Below are positions 1 through 10,006 of a DNA stretch of 64,000 nucleotides, piece after piece. The stretch is from NCBI GenBank assembly GCA_002269645.1, contig NIVC01002974.1, forward strand, positions 62,001 to 126,000. The letters run 5' to 3'. Origin of the DNA: Macrostomum lignano (Eukaryota). How positions within the stretch are numbered: the first letter of the stretch is position 1; every line of letters starts with the position of its first letter. Under the pieces are notes generated by a model that worked only from the letters and a program-made list of their open reading frames with translations, did not search any database and was not told the origin of the DNA. Made by a program: the position numbers and the translations under genes.

Positions 1-933
1 GCTATTTATCTAATTGCCTTTTTATCACACTCCTTCGTCGGGGCATTCACTTTGCCACTCTCTCGCTCCTCGTTCGGGACATCGTTCATTTGATGTCCAT
101 ATCCTATATATCTATCCACTACTTAGAAGCATTTTTAAGGAAAAATACATTTTCCTTCTGTAAAGTTCTAGACCCTCCTAAAGACACTTTAAAAAAAATT
201 TTGTATTTTAGTCTGCGTCAAGTGAGTCAGAGTCAGTGGCTCAAACCAAAAGGGTACCTATATATATTTTGCACTACTCAATGCTACTATTTAGTATCTT
301 TCTTAGACGTACCCCTCTAGAGATATTTTAACACTCTTATTAATTACTCCATAATTTTGCAGTATAACTTTGTTTTTACCACTGACTCATGAATCTGACT
401 CACCTTTAAAAAAATTTAAATATAACTTATTATTATAAAACCCCCCCTCTTAAGATAATTTTTAACCCTAAATAAAAACTTAATTTTAAGTGTCCCAAGT
501 AGAGTAAAACTTTTTCAGGATTTTGTAAAACTAATTTTAAGTTAGTACTCTCTCAAAGAGTCTATTGTACTCTAAAGGAGGAACTACGTTGCCTATACGT
601 AAATCCAACATCAGTAATAGTACATTTTGGATGAAGGGAGAACTTACAGTCCTCTGTACAGCTTCTATTGTTCTCAAAAAGGGGAACTTCCCCGCAGCTT
701 CTATTGTACTCAGGAAAGGGGAACTATGTTTGCCTATATACGGGGATCCAACAGTACTCAAAATCTCTTACCCAATCTAGTTGCTATTGAAAACAATTTC
801 ATTCTCTCCATAGTGTCTATTGTATAATACACTGAGAAAAATTTCTAGAGCTTTTTAGGCAATTTCTAGGCAAGAGACTAACATGGAGAAATACGAAGAA
901 CTTTTTCATATGTTATTTAGAAGCACAGATATA

Positions 934-1123
934 TGATGTGTTTGGAAATGAAATCGTAGTGTTAATTCGTAAAGTAATTTGTATATTTATTTTCACTCCG
1001 AAGAGTGGAATCGTAAGCAAGCGCAGTTCTGAGAAAACAAAGTTCGTCTGGGCCGTCTCTCTTTCAAGAGAGCAAACGTTAGGAGGTTAGGCCATAGATG
1101 TGCTTCGACTAAACCACACATCA
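934..1123 (-). repeat. 3' LTR of Gypsy element
   Basis: TGATGTGT...ACACATCA; matches 5171-5360 at 189/190 by eye. Confidence 0.97.
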
Positions 1124-1136
1124 TCTTCCCCCTCCT
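1124..1136 (-). promoter_or_regulatory. Polypurine tract
   Basis: AGGAGGGGGAAGA on the minus strand, immediately before the 3' LTR. Confidence 0.9.
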
Positions 1137-1152
1137 CAAGAGAGTCTCATTC

Positions 1153-4100
1153 TTATAGTTCTTCGATTAGCCGTCTTGGGGGTATGCCTTTATTCATTCG
1201 ACCAGATCGCCGGGCTTGCGGGTGCTGGACCCTTGTGGTGGGCTCCAGGTCAATGTTGACCGTCGACGCCTGGGCCGGCCTGAAGGGAACCAGGTTCCGT
1301 GCAGTCCAAACTTTTCCATTGTCGAGGCGATAGGTGAATCTGCCCAAAACTTCTTGAATGAGGAAGGGTGACGTAAATGGTGATTTGCCTTTCGGCACAT
1401 GTGGGAGTCGGATGCGCACCATGTCGCCCAGTTTGAAATGTTGCCGAGTACTCGTTCCCGCTCCAGTTGCTTTCGGGTCGCTAGAATCGCAGCTCTTTAG
1501 CTCCTCCGCAATTGGCTTCTCAATTTCTAGTTTACGGGGCTGAAACTTTGTTCGGATATCCCGCCCTAGCAGCAGTCGTGCTGGTGAGTCGCCGTCTTCG
1601 TTAGGCGTCGTCCGATAGCTGCAGATGACTTGCTGCATTCCCTCTTCGAAGCTTCTCTTATCCGCTTCAAAGGTTTGCGCAGCATGCTTAAGTGTCCGGT
1701 TAAAAACTTCTACTTTACCATTTCTTCTTGGCTCATATAGCGGAACGCAGTCATGCCTGATGTCGCGCGAAGCGAGGAAGTTTTTCATTTCAGTGGAGAC
1801 GAAGCTGCTTCCATTGTCGGACACCAGGACATCCGGGTTTCCAAAACGGTCGAATGTTTCCGTCAGCCACTTGATAATCTTCGCCGATCTGATGTCTCCA
1901 GTCAGGAGAATTTCTGGGTAAGACGAGTAGTAGTCTATCAAGGCAACAATAAATCGCTGAGTTTGAGGAGCTATCGCGAATGGGCCAGAGATGTCGATTG
2001 CCAGCTTTGACCACGGGCGCTCAGGCTTTTGTATAGAATTCCCGTCTGGTACAATGACTCTATGGGACTTTGCGCTGTCCTGACAAGCTAGGCAATGCTT
2101 GACGTAGTTATTGATCGCTCTGTCCATACCTGGCCACCAGTAAGCAGATCGCAGGAGACGCTTCATCCTCACAATGCCGGGGTGTCCTTCATGCGCGCGT
2201 TTTAGTATTTGCGGTTGTAGTTTAGAAGGCGGCACAATTTGTTCGCCACGAAATAAAATGTTCTTGTCAATTGTCAGTTCATCCTGGACTTGTCGAAAGG
2301 CACTAGCTTCCGATCGTTTGTCGATAGGTCTGGAGAGTCGCGTAGCTTCCATTACAATCTGCAATAGCTCATCGGTCTTCGTCAGTTCTTGCAAGTTCTG
2401 CATATTTATGTTAATTGCACTGCTGACTGCAAGGATGCTCTTGACCGTATTTTCGTTGTCCATATCGACATCTCTTATTCCGTCGTTAATGGGGAGCCGC
2501 GAAAGGGCATCAGCCACCTTGTTGGTGCTTCCTGGCTTGTAGATAATATCGTAACTGAATTCGGACAGTCTTACAAGCCAGCGAGTGAATTTAGCTGATT
2601 TTGTCTTATTAGTGTGGTGTCGAAGAAGACTTGTGAGCGCTGAATGATCGGTCTGCAGGGTGAACTGCCGTCCAAGCAGATATTTGGCAAAATGCTCACA
2701 TGCCCAGACGCAAGCGAGGGCTTCGTGCTCGTTCACTGCGTAGTTTCGTTCCCTATCAGACAGTGTGTGTGACGCGAAAGAGATAGGTACTTCGTTACCA
2801 TTCGGCTGTCGTTGCGAAAGGACCGCTCCTATTCCAACATCTGATGCGTCTGTTGTCAGGATCGTCGGCAAGTTTGGGTCAAAAATAGCCAGTTCAAGGC
2901 GTTCGTGGAGCAGCGACTTCACTCGTTCGAAGGCTTTTTGCTGCTTTTCTCCCCAGATAAACCTCTGGTGCTTTCTTGTCAACATTCGTAGGGGCTCTGT
3001 AACGTTAGCCAAGCCTGGCAGGAAGTTCGAATGGTAGTTGATCAATCCAAGGAAGGATCGAAGTTCTTCGGAATTCTTCGGTGCCGGTGTATTCTTGATA
3101 GCCTCTAGCTTCGCGGGGTCGGACTCGACGTTCCCAAGTTCGTTGATAATGTAGCCAAGGAAAGGCACTCGTTCTTTTCGGAGTATTGACTTGGCGGTGT
3201 TGATTCGGAAGTCTTTTTCGTGCAGCAACTTCAGAACCTTCCTTAGTTCTTCGTCGTGCTCCGCGATGGTCTTTCCGAAAACGAGAATATCGTCAATGTA
3301 TGCAATCGTGTGATCACAACCAACTAGTGTGTTGCTAACGCATCGTTGAAATACGGATGTGGAGTCCACCAAGCCCATTGGCAGTCTATTGTAGGCATAA
3401 AGTCCGATCGGGGTTGCAGTTGTGGTTAAATGCTTGCTTTCTTCGTCCAGCTCAATGTGGAAGTAGGCGCGCTTTAAATCAATCTTAGACTTGTAGCGGG
3501 CGCCTCGGAGCTTCAGAAAGAGGTCGTTGATGTTTGGTACGGGGTACCGGTCAGGGACTACAAACTTGTTCAGGTGCGACAGGTCAGTTGTAATCCGTAC
3601 GCTTCCGTCGGCTTTCCACACGGTAACCAAACCGTTGACCCACGAACTTTTCTCGATTGGGCTCCAGATTCCGCATTCCTCCATTTGTTTGATCTCTGTG
3701 ATGGCAGCCTCTTGGCGGGCAAACGGAATTGTCCTAGTGGGGATGCACTTGGGAATTGCATCAGAGCGAATTGTAATTTTATGTGTGTGGTCCGGGAAGG
3801 TTCCCAGTGACTCCTCGGACAACTTAGGAAATTGTTTTTTGACCTCGCTGAATTGGTCAGAAATGGCTGAAACCTGCATCGATGATCCGTCGAACTTCAG
3901 TCCCAGGAAGTTGATGAGATCCAGGCCGACAATTGCTTTCAGGCGATCCTGCGTGACGAACAAATTCGCTTCGACTGAACGATCTAGGACCCTCACATTT
4001 GCTGTGATACAACCAAGGACGTCCGATATGCTAGAGTTGTCGTAATTCACAAGAGAAGAGGATGTCGGCTTGATTTTGCACTCTGGCCAAATGCGCTTGA

Positions 4101-5145
4101 GGTCGGACTTTCGGATAGTCGATACTTCGGCAGCCGTGTCGAGGAGAGCGCTGTAGCTGCCTCTCTTGCCTACAAGGGTGACTTCGACGGACGGCGTCTC
4201 GTGTCTGCTGACCAGTCCCACCTTCTCGCGGACATGGTTGACGCTCTTCTTCTGGGTTCTCCTCTGGGATATTATACACTGCGCTGCAAAATGGTTAGGT
4301 TTTCCACATCCTTTGCACAATTTTCCAAGGGCTGGACACTTTGGGTCACGATAGAGATGAGTGTTGGATCCGCAACCCATGCACTGCTTATTATGTTGTT
4401 TTCCCTTGTCAAAGCGTGCGGGTGGGGCACCGGCATCTGCTTTCCGTCGACGTGGCGGCCCACTTTTAGAGCTCGGCTGGCTTTGCACTTGCTGAACTGG
4501 GGCTGGAGCGCCGCTTCGGATTATCTGGCCGGTCTCGGTGGCTGCTTCATCGGCCCGCATAGCGGTCAGAAACGTCTGCAGATCGATGGCTTGCTCAGTT
4601 AATAGCTTCTCCTGGGTGCTCTTTGACGCGCAGCCGATGACAAGCTGCATTGCCAGTTGGCGGTCTTCGCCGGCTCCGTACTCGCAGTCCGTGATTAGCG
4701 TGCGAAGGGCAGTAAAGTAGTCATTTACCGACTCGCCCGTTTCTTGCTTGCGGCGTCGAAACTCATGTTCGGCTCGGACGGGGTTTTTCGCCGTTGAAAA
4801 TATTGGCTTCAGCTCATCGACATACTCTGTGAAGCTGGAGTTCTCTTTGTCCGTCACGCAGTGTGCGTAGAGAATTCGTCTTCCTTCAGACCCCAAAGAC
4901 GTACGCAGAAATGCTTTCTTAAAAGCCTCCGAGAGCTGTGTGCCTGTTGTCGTCTCTGTAAGGTAGTAGAAATCCGATACCTCTCTTTGCCAGATGTCCC
5001 ACTTGGTTGTCGGATCGCCAGGTAGCTCCAGAAACTTGGACGGTTGGGGTATTGAGACGCGGATTGCTTGGTGATTCGTCGTCGAGGCCAATGGTTCTTG
5101 GCTCGTATTCGGCTTTCCTACCGGCGGTGGCGTCTTTGGCGGCAT
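1153..5145 (-). CDS. Gag-Pol polyprotein (two zinc knuckles, protease, RT, RNase H, integrase)
   Basis: Uninterrupted ~1330-aa ORF from the ATG at 5145. Motifs in order: CMGCGSNTH and CKGCGKPNHFAAQC, LLDTAA, YIDDILV, TDASDVGIGAVL, HEGHPG...CLAC, IDISG/VSDNG/GKVEVFN. The PR-RT-RH-IN order is Ty3/Gypsy. Confidence 0.96.
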   Translation of the reverse strand: MPPKTPPPVGKPNTSQEPLASTTNHQAIRVSIPQPSKFLELPGDPTTKWDIWQREVSDFYYLTETTTGTQLSEAFKKAFLRTSLGSEGRRILYAHCVTDKENSSFTEYVDELKPIFSTAKNPVRAEHEFRRRKQETGESVNDYFTALRTLITDCEYGAGEDRQLAMQLVIGCASKSTQEKLLTEQAIDLQTFLTAMRADEAATETGQIIRSGAPAPVQQVQSQPSSKSGPPRRRKADAGAPPARFDKGKQHNKQCMGCGSNTHLYRDPKCPALGKLCKGCGKPNHFAAQCIISQRRTQKKSVNHVREKVGLVSRHETPSVEVTLVGKRGSYSALLDTAAEVSTIRKSDLKRIWPECKIKPTSSSLVNYDNSSISDVLGCITANVRVLDRSVEANLFVTQDRLKAIVGLDLINFLGLKFDGSSMQVSAISDQFSEVKKQFPKLSEESLGTFPDHTHKITIRSDAIPKCIPTRTIPFARQEAAITEIKQMEECGIWSPIEKSSWVNGLVTVWKADGSVRITTDLSHLNKFVVPDRYPVPNINDLFLKLRGARYKSKIDLKRAYFHIELDEESKHLTTTATPIGLYAYNRLPMGLVDSTSVFQRCVSNTLVGCDHTIAYIDDILVFGKTIAEHDEELRKVLKLLHEKDFRINTAKSILRKERVPFLGYIINELGNVESDPAKLEAIKNTPAPKNSEELRSFLGLINYHSNFLPGLANVTEPLRMLTRKHQRFIWGEKQQKAFERVKSLLHERLELAIFDPNLPTILTTDASDVGIGAVLSQRQPNGNEVPISFASHTLSDRERNYAVNEHEALACVWACEHFAKYLLGRQFTLQTDHSALTSLLRHHTNKTKSAKFTRWLVRLSEFSYDIIYKPGSTNKVADALSRLPINDGIRDVDMDNENTVKSILAVSSAININMQNLQELTKTDELLQIVMEATRLSRPIDKRSEASAFRQVQDELTIDKNILFRGEQIVPPSKLQPQILKRAHEGHPGIVRMKRLLRSAYWWPGMDRAINNYVKHCLACQDSAKSHRVIVPDGNSIQKPERPWSKLAIDISGPFAIAPQTQRFIVALIDYYSSYPEILLTGDIRSAKIIKWLTETFDRFGNPDVLVSDNGSSFVSTEMKNFLASRDIRHDCVPLYEPRRNGKVEVFNRTLKHAAQTFEADKRSFEEGMQQVICSYRTTPNEDGDSPARLLLGRDIRTKFQPRKLEIEKPIAEELKSCDSSDPKATGAGTSTRQHFKLGDMVRIRLPHVPKGKSPFTSPFLIQEVLGRFTYRLDNGKVWTARNLVPFRPAQASTVNIDLEPTTRVQHPQARRSGRMNKGIPPRRLIEEL

Positions 5146-5155
5146 CGGTTCGCAA

Positions 5156-5168
5156 ATCCTCGTCGCCA
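5156..5168 (-). promoter_or_regulatory. Primer-binding site, tRNA-Ser(GCU)-complementary
   Basis: Minus strand TGGCGACGAGGAT, 2 nt from the 5' LTR. It complements the 3' end AUCCUCGUCGCCA of metazoan tRNA-Ser(GCU), recalled from memory. Confidence 0.8.
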
Positions 5169-5170
5169 AT

Positions 5171-5360
5171 TGATGTGTTTGGAAATGAAATCGTAGTGTT
5201 AATTCGTAAAGTAATTTGTATATTTATTTTCACTCCGAAGAGTGGAATCGTAAGCAAGCGCAGTTCTGAGAAAACAAAGTTCGTCTGGGCCGTCTCTCTT
5301 TCAAGAGAGCAAGCGTTAGGAGGTTAGGCCATAGATGTGCTTCGACTAAACCACACATCA
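5171..5360 (-). repeat. 5' LTR of Gypsy element
   Basis: Direct repeat of 934-1123; adjacent to the PBS. Confidence 0.97.
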
Positions 5361-6672
5361 ATATACAGAACCGTAACAAATGGGTAAAAAGATACAACGC
5401 TATAGGCAATAAGAAGTTTAATTTACCACGGATTACTGGAAGCATTCAAGATAAGGACACAAAAAAAAGAAGCTCGACAGATACAAAAAAATTGTTGAAG
5501 AACTAAAGAATTCCATCAGGAGAATCGACACAAACGGACCTTCGATTCAAGTCCTCGCTGGAACTACGACGATTCAAGTCTTCGCAGAAGGAAGTCATAA
5601 TATTGAAGATGTTACCAAACAACTTGAAGCCATTCAGGAGATGATCAAAAAGCAAGACAACGCAGCACTTCAATATGGAATTCAAGCCGGCAACATCTAT
5701 CTAAACATGGAGAGAGTCCTAACAAAATCGAAGTTTATGACTCTTAAGAAAAATACGGTGTTTACTCCTCAATGGATAGGATTTCTAATGAAGATCGCGG
5801 AGCTCGCCGATCAATTCGAGTTCTTCAAAAGATCGACTCTGTCTCTAAACAAGCTCTACTCTAACAGCAAATACCTGGACACTGCCTTGGAAGAATTGAA
5901 AGTGTTTGAAGACAGCGAGATGGAAGTGGATCCGCTGGAGTCGCAGCCTGAATGAAAGTGGTACTTTCAAAATTTGAGGTGGGCGTCTATCATAACAGCC
6001 AATGACATTTTAGCAAACTATTTTACTTATGCAAGTAGTAAATGTAACATCTTTAACACAATTTTTACTACAACAATTTTTTACTATTTTTAACACAACT
6101 TTGCAAAAATAATTTATAAAAGTTTATAAACTACAGGATTTTGCAAAACTAATTTTAAGTTTAAAAAGCTATTAATTTTTTTATATAAAAAATAGAAGTT
6201 AAAAATCCAAACATTACTGGAGAACTACCCCAAAGATATTACGATGATGTTGTGAATTTTTCTGGTACCAAAGATTCTATAAAACGAGATGAAATGATTG
6301 CCGAGATGCAATATATGTTCTTTCGATATAAGGAATTAGTAAAAAGATATGGAGCAAATAAATGTCCTCCACACCTTCAGCTCGTATACTTTTCGAGTAT
6401 ATCTTGCAAGTATTAATAAGTGGAATTTAGTTAATAGACAAAGAATAAGAAATGATGGATTTTTCGTTATGTTAACATTGAACATTTTCTGACTGCCCAT
6501 AACTCTTGAGAATTATATTGATTCGTCAAAATTATATGCTTCATTTTTTCAATAATAAAATGGAAGGAGATTTTGCCAATTCTGATGATATCTTTCTTGA
6601 AGCTTCTAATGGTAATGGAGAGAAGAAAAGAATCGAAGTACTTAGAGAACTTAATGATAATGATTATAATGA

Positions 6673-8298
6673 TTATGTCAATATATATATAACAATCGAA
6701 AATTTAGAATCGGCACTTGTAATATACTTTGGGATTCTGAAAATAATAAGAAGATTCCAGTAGATATGTCAACTAAAGAAGATAGAGAATCAGAAGAACC
6801 GCCAAGATATCCAGAAAAACATAACATGATTTGGATAGCAACCAAAGAATCTAACCTATCTGTTATAGATGTTGACGATGCCGAAAAGTGTCCAAAATTG
6901 AACGAGTTATGTCAAAAACTTTGTAAATGGAGTGTTAAAACAAGAAAAGGATATCATTATTACTTTAGAAAAGTTGAGGGACTGAAAACGACAATCCGAC
7001 AAGATTTGGGATTTGATATATTTGATAATTTGATTTGATTTGATTTGATTTGATAATATATGCTCCTCCTGGATTTTATTATGCTAATAATAAGGTTAAA
7101 TATTGGATTGTTCCAATAGACGAAGGTAAAGGTAGTAGAATAATTGATATGCCAAAGGAAATTTTAGATGAGGTTAATAGATTCTTAAAACCAAAAAATA
7201 TACAAAAGAAACGAACGAATCATAGAGTTATTGAAACTAATCAAGATTATGAAATGATTGTAGAATTACTTAAAATCATTCAAGATAAAAATCAAGAATA
7301 CGAGAGTTGGAGAAATACTGCCTTTGCCCTTCATAATTTTGATAATAGTGAAAATATGTTTAATGTCTTTGCTAATTGGTCGAAAGTCGATTATGCTAAT
7401 TATGATCTAAGTGTATGTGAAAATTTATGGAATTCTATTAAAGATAATACTAAAGATGGAATAACTATAGGAACTTTAAAGTCTTGGGCTAAAGAAAAAA
7501 TATTGAAGAATATGAAAATTGGCTTAATAAATATAATAAATATGCAGAAATCACTTTTCTCGATAATAACTTCTCTGATGACAACATTAATAAACGTTTA
7601 CGTAAATATATGGAAGGCCGTCTGATTTATAACAACGAAGGCATATACTATTTTACTAATGAGAGAAGATGGAAAAGAATTAATATAAAAGATAAATTAA
7701 CAGAGATTTTAAGCCCTATTACTAAACAACTTGAGGAAAGGAAAGAATATTTTGAGAAAATAATAAGAGAAGATGAAAAGATAAGCCTAAATAAAAAGTT
7801 AAAACAAACAAAGAAAAACCTTGAATATATACAGACTAATACAAATAAAGAAAATATTAGTAGTTCATTTGGGGAAAATTACGCAAATAATAAAATTGGA
7901 TTTGATATAAAACAATATATAATAGGTTTCGAGGATGGAGTTTTTGATTTAGAGAAAAATGAATTTAGAGAATATCGTCACGATGATTATGGGCCGTATG
8001 CAGAAAGCTCTGTCTAGGGTAGTCCGGTCTTGAAAAGCTAGTCTAGACTAGGATTTGGTATACAGAAACACAAAGTTAGACCGGTCTACTATAGACAGAA
8101 CTAGGGTAGCTAGACCATAGACTATAGACTGAACTACCCAAGTCCGGACTAGCTAGTCTGGACTAAGCTTTCTGCATACGGCCCTATGTATCTATGTCTG
8201 TTGGATATAATTACTCGGATGTTTTGAATGTAAGTGATGAGGATTATAATTTCATTAAACAACTACATGAAAAGATTCATCCAGATGAAGAGAATAGA
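6673..8298 (+). pseudogene. PrimPol + PriCT-2 + D5_N primase(-helicase), fragmented, SF3 helicase part missing
   Basis: VIDVDD and KTRKGYHYYF (PrimPol), IIYAPP, YESWRNTAFALH...WSK...TIGTLKSWAKE (PriCT-2), IGFEDGVFDL...REYRHDDY-VSMSVGY and KIHPDEENR (D5_N). Several frameshifts and a MITE insertion. Confidence 0.82.
7991..8184. mobile_element. 194-bp MITE, PIF/Harbinger-like
   Basis: 19-bp perfect TIR GGGCCGTATGCAGAAAGCT (7991-8009, 8166-8184) and a 3-bp TAT duplication. Excision restores the D5_N frame. Confidence 0.92.
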
Positions 8299-9553
8299 AA
8301 GAGTTGGCCAATTCCTACATCTTTCCAATTTCTAAGGGTCCGCCCCGGAGGGGCTGTGCCCATTACAAATACTAAACCCTATTCTTTTTTCTAACCAATA
8401 GAATTTCGGCCCTCGGCCTTGGTTTAGGGGGGGGGTGGTGCCCGGAGTGAGTAGGTTCTCTGGACTGCAGTGTGGCTAGGACGGGACTGAGCCCCCCCGG
8501 GCGTACCCGCCCTGCAGGAAAGAATGACCAATTCACAAAGGTGTACGGTAGACCCAGTAGACTGCCAGCCCTGAGGCTGTGCACCCGGGCTGCAGGTCGG
8601 CAAGCTGCCTGCTTTAGGGCTATGGTGCTCCTCCTTTCTGCCATTCTTTTTTTCTGGGCTGGCATCCCAGCGCTGTTTTATCCCTTTAGCTTTGTGCCTT
8701 TGTGGCTTTTATTATTTTATCTGGCCACTAGAAGCCTTCCAATATTCGGAGTTATGAGCTCTGCCCTTGCCCGGTCCACCTTGCCCTGTCCTCGGGTCCA
8801 TCTCCTGGCTCCTGCTGAAGGTCCCTGCTTGCGTGTCTCTGGCTCTCATCCTGACAGTGGATTGGTGTCCTGGGAAGGATGTTCGTCCCGAACCGGGGAC
8901 AACCGGCTGAGTCCGGAGTCCTCTTGCCCTGGGTGCCTCTTTTCCCGACCCCTTGGCCTGGCCCCCTAAATTGAGCTGGATAGGCGATGCCCTTGGGTTG
9001 GTAGCAATAGAGGCGTTGGAGTCCTGGCCTCGCCTGGAGTCTCCCCCTCGGATACAAGCCTTCCAGACTCACTCCAAAATAGAGCTGGGTAGTGAAAAGC
9101 CTTGAGGCTCGAGACCTTCAGGGCGCCCTGTAAGGATCGCACTTGGTAATTAGCTGCCCAGACTCGCTCCAATAGTTTACGCCATTTCCTAGGTTTAGGA
9201 GTAACTCCTCACTCGGACCGCTTTCTTAGTAGTATTCCAAGCATTTCGCTCTCCAATTTTTCTGCGCGCTCCCAAAGACTCGCTAGCTGGGGGGGGGGGG
9301 GTGGCCTGGGTGGACTCGGTCCTAGCACCGTCCCTGATTCCACTGTTGGTTTGGCGGTGTCTTGTACCGTAGGCTTGGGTCAACTCGCCCACCCGCGCTT
9401 TGAGCCGGGTCCAATCCCAATGCATCCATGGGGTATCTCGGGCCCTGGACTGCTAATGCCTTGGCCCCTGGTAGTGCCCCTCGCGGCAGAGCCCACCTCG
9501 GGCTGATCCGCGGGTAGCTAAGCTTCCCACCCTCGTTTAACAACAACAACAAC
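8299..9553. mobile_element. Unclassified GC-richer insert ending in (CAA)n, possibly a non-LTR retroelement remnant
   Basis: Abrupt composition shift. It truncates both the primase (left) and pPolB (right). TAACAACAACAACAACAA tail at ~9538-9553. No TSD or recognisable domain. Confidence 0.35.
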
Positions 9554-10006
9554 AAATTCTATAAATTCATGCAACCAATCACTTTCTTTAAATGAAATAA
9601 TTATATGTATCTTTGTAAATTTCATTCCAAGACTTTTATAAAATTCAAGAACTCGATGATGTAAAACATATTTCGTTTTATCATGAAATGTTAACATTAA
9701 CTTTGGGAGTTTACTTTTTCCTCTCTTCTCAATTTCTAGATATTGTTTCTGAATATCGGAAAATTCATTTACATTTATTGTTCTTTTTTTCAGGAGCTCT
9801 TTCTTCAGTATACTCAAGATCAACTTCTAAAATATACCCACGACCTTCAACTGGATTATAATTACTTTCGAATCTAAAATCACTAGTGGGAAGATTCATC
9901 ATCATCGCTTCACCATATAAATTATTCTTGCCTAAATATAACACATAAGAAGTCTCGAGATTTTTGTCATAATCTTCGAGATATTTATTATTAATTTTTT
10001 TATATA

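Larger units (their letters stand above)
934..5360 (-). mobile_element. Full-length Ty3/Gypsy LTR retrotransposon (Mag-like), recent insertion
   Basis: Two 190-bp LTRs (934-1123, 5171-5360) with TG...CA ends differ at 1 base. ATATA target-site duplication at 929-933 and 5361-5365. PBS and PPT present; single gag-pol ORF. Confidence 0.97.
883..5955 (+). pseudogene. Small AT-rich ORF of the Polinton-like element, split by the Gypsy insertion (883-933 + 5366-5955)
   Basis: Removing the Gypsy element and one TSD joins MEKYEELFHMLFRSTDI to QNRNKWVKRY... One frameshift in the A8 run at 5461-5468 then links it to the 5641-5955 ORF. Function unknown. Confidence 0.6.

Noticed and set aside
1-880. Polinton terminal inverted repeat
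   Set aside because: No convincing AGTAGT/AGAGAG terminus with a 6-bp TSD and no partner end in the window; only short local repeats at 550-770.
1100-5327. Plus-strand ORFs overlapping gag-pol
   Set aside because: Antisense shadows of a coding region, with no motifs.
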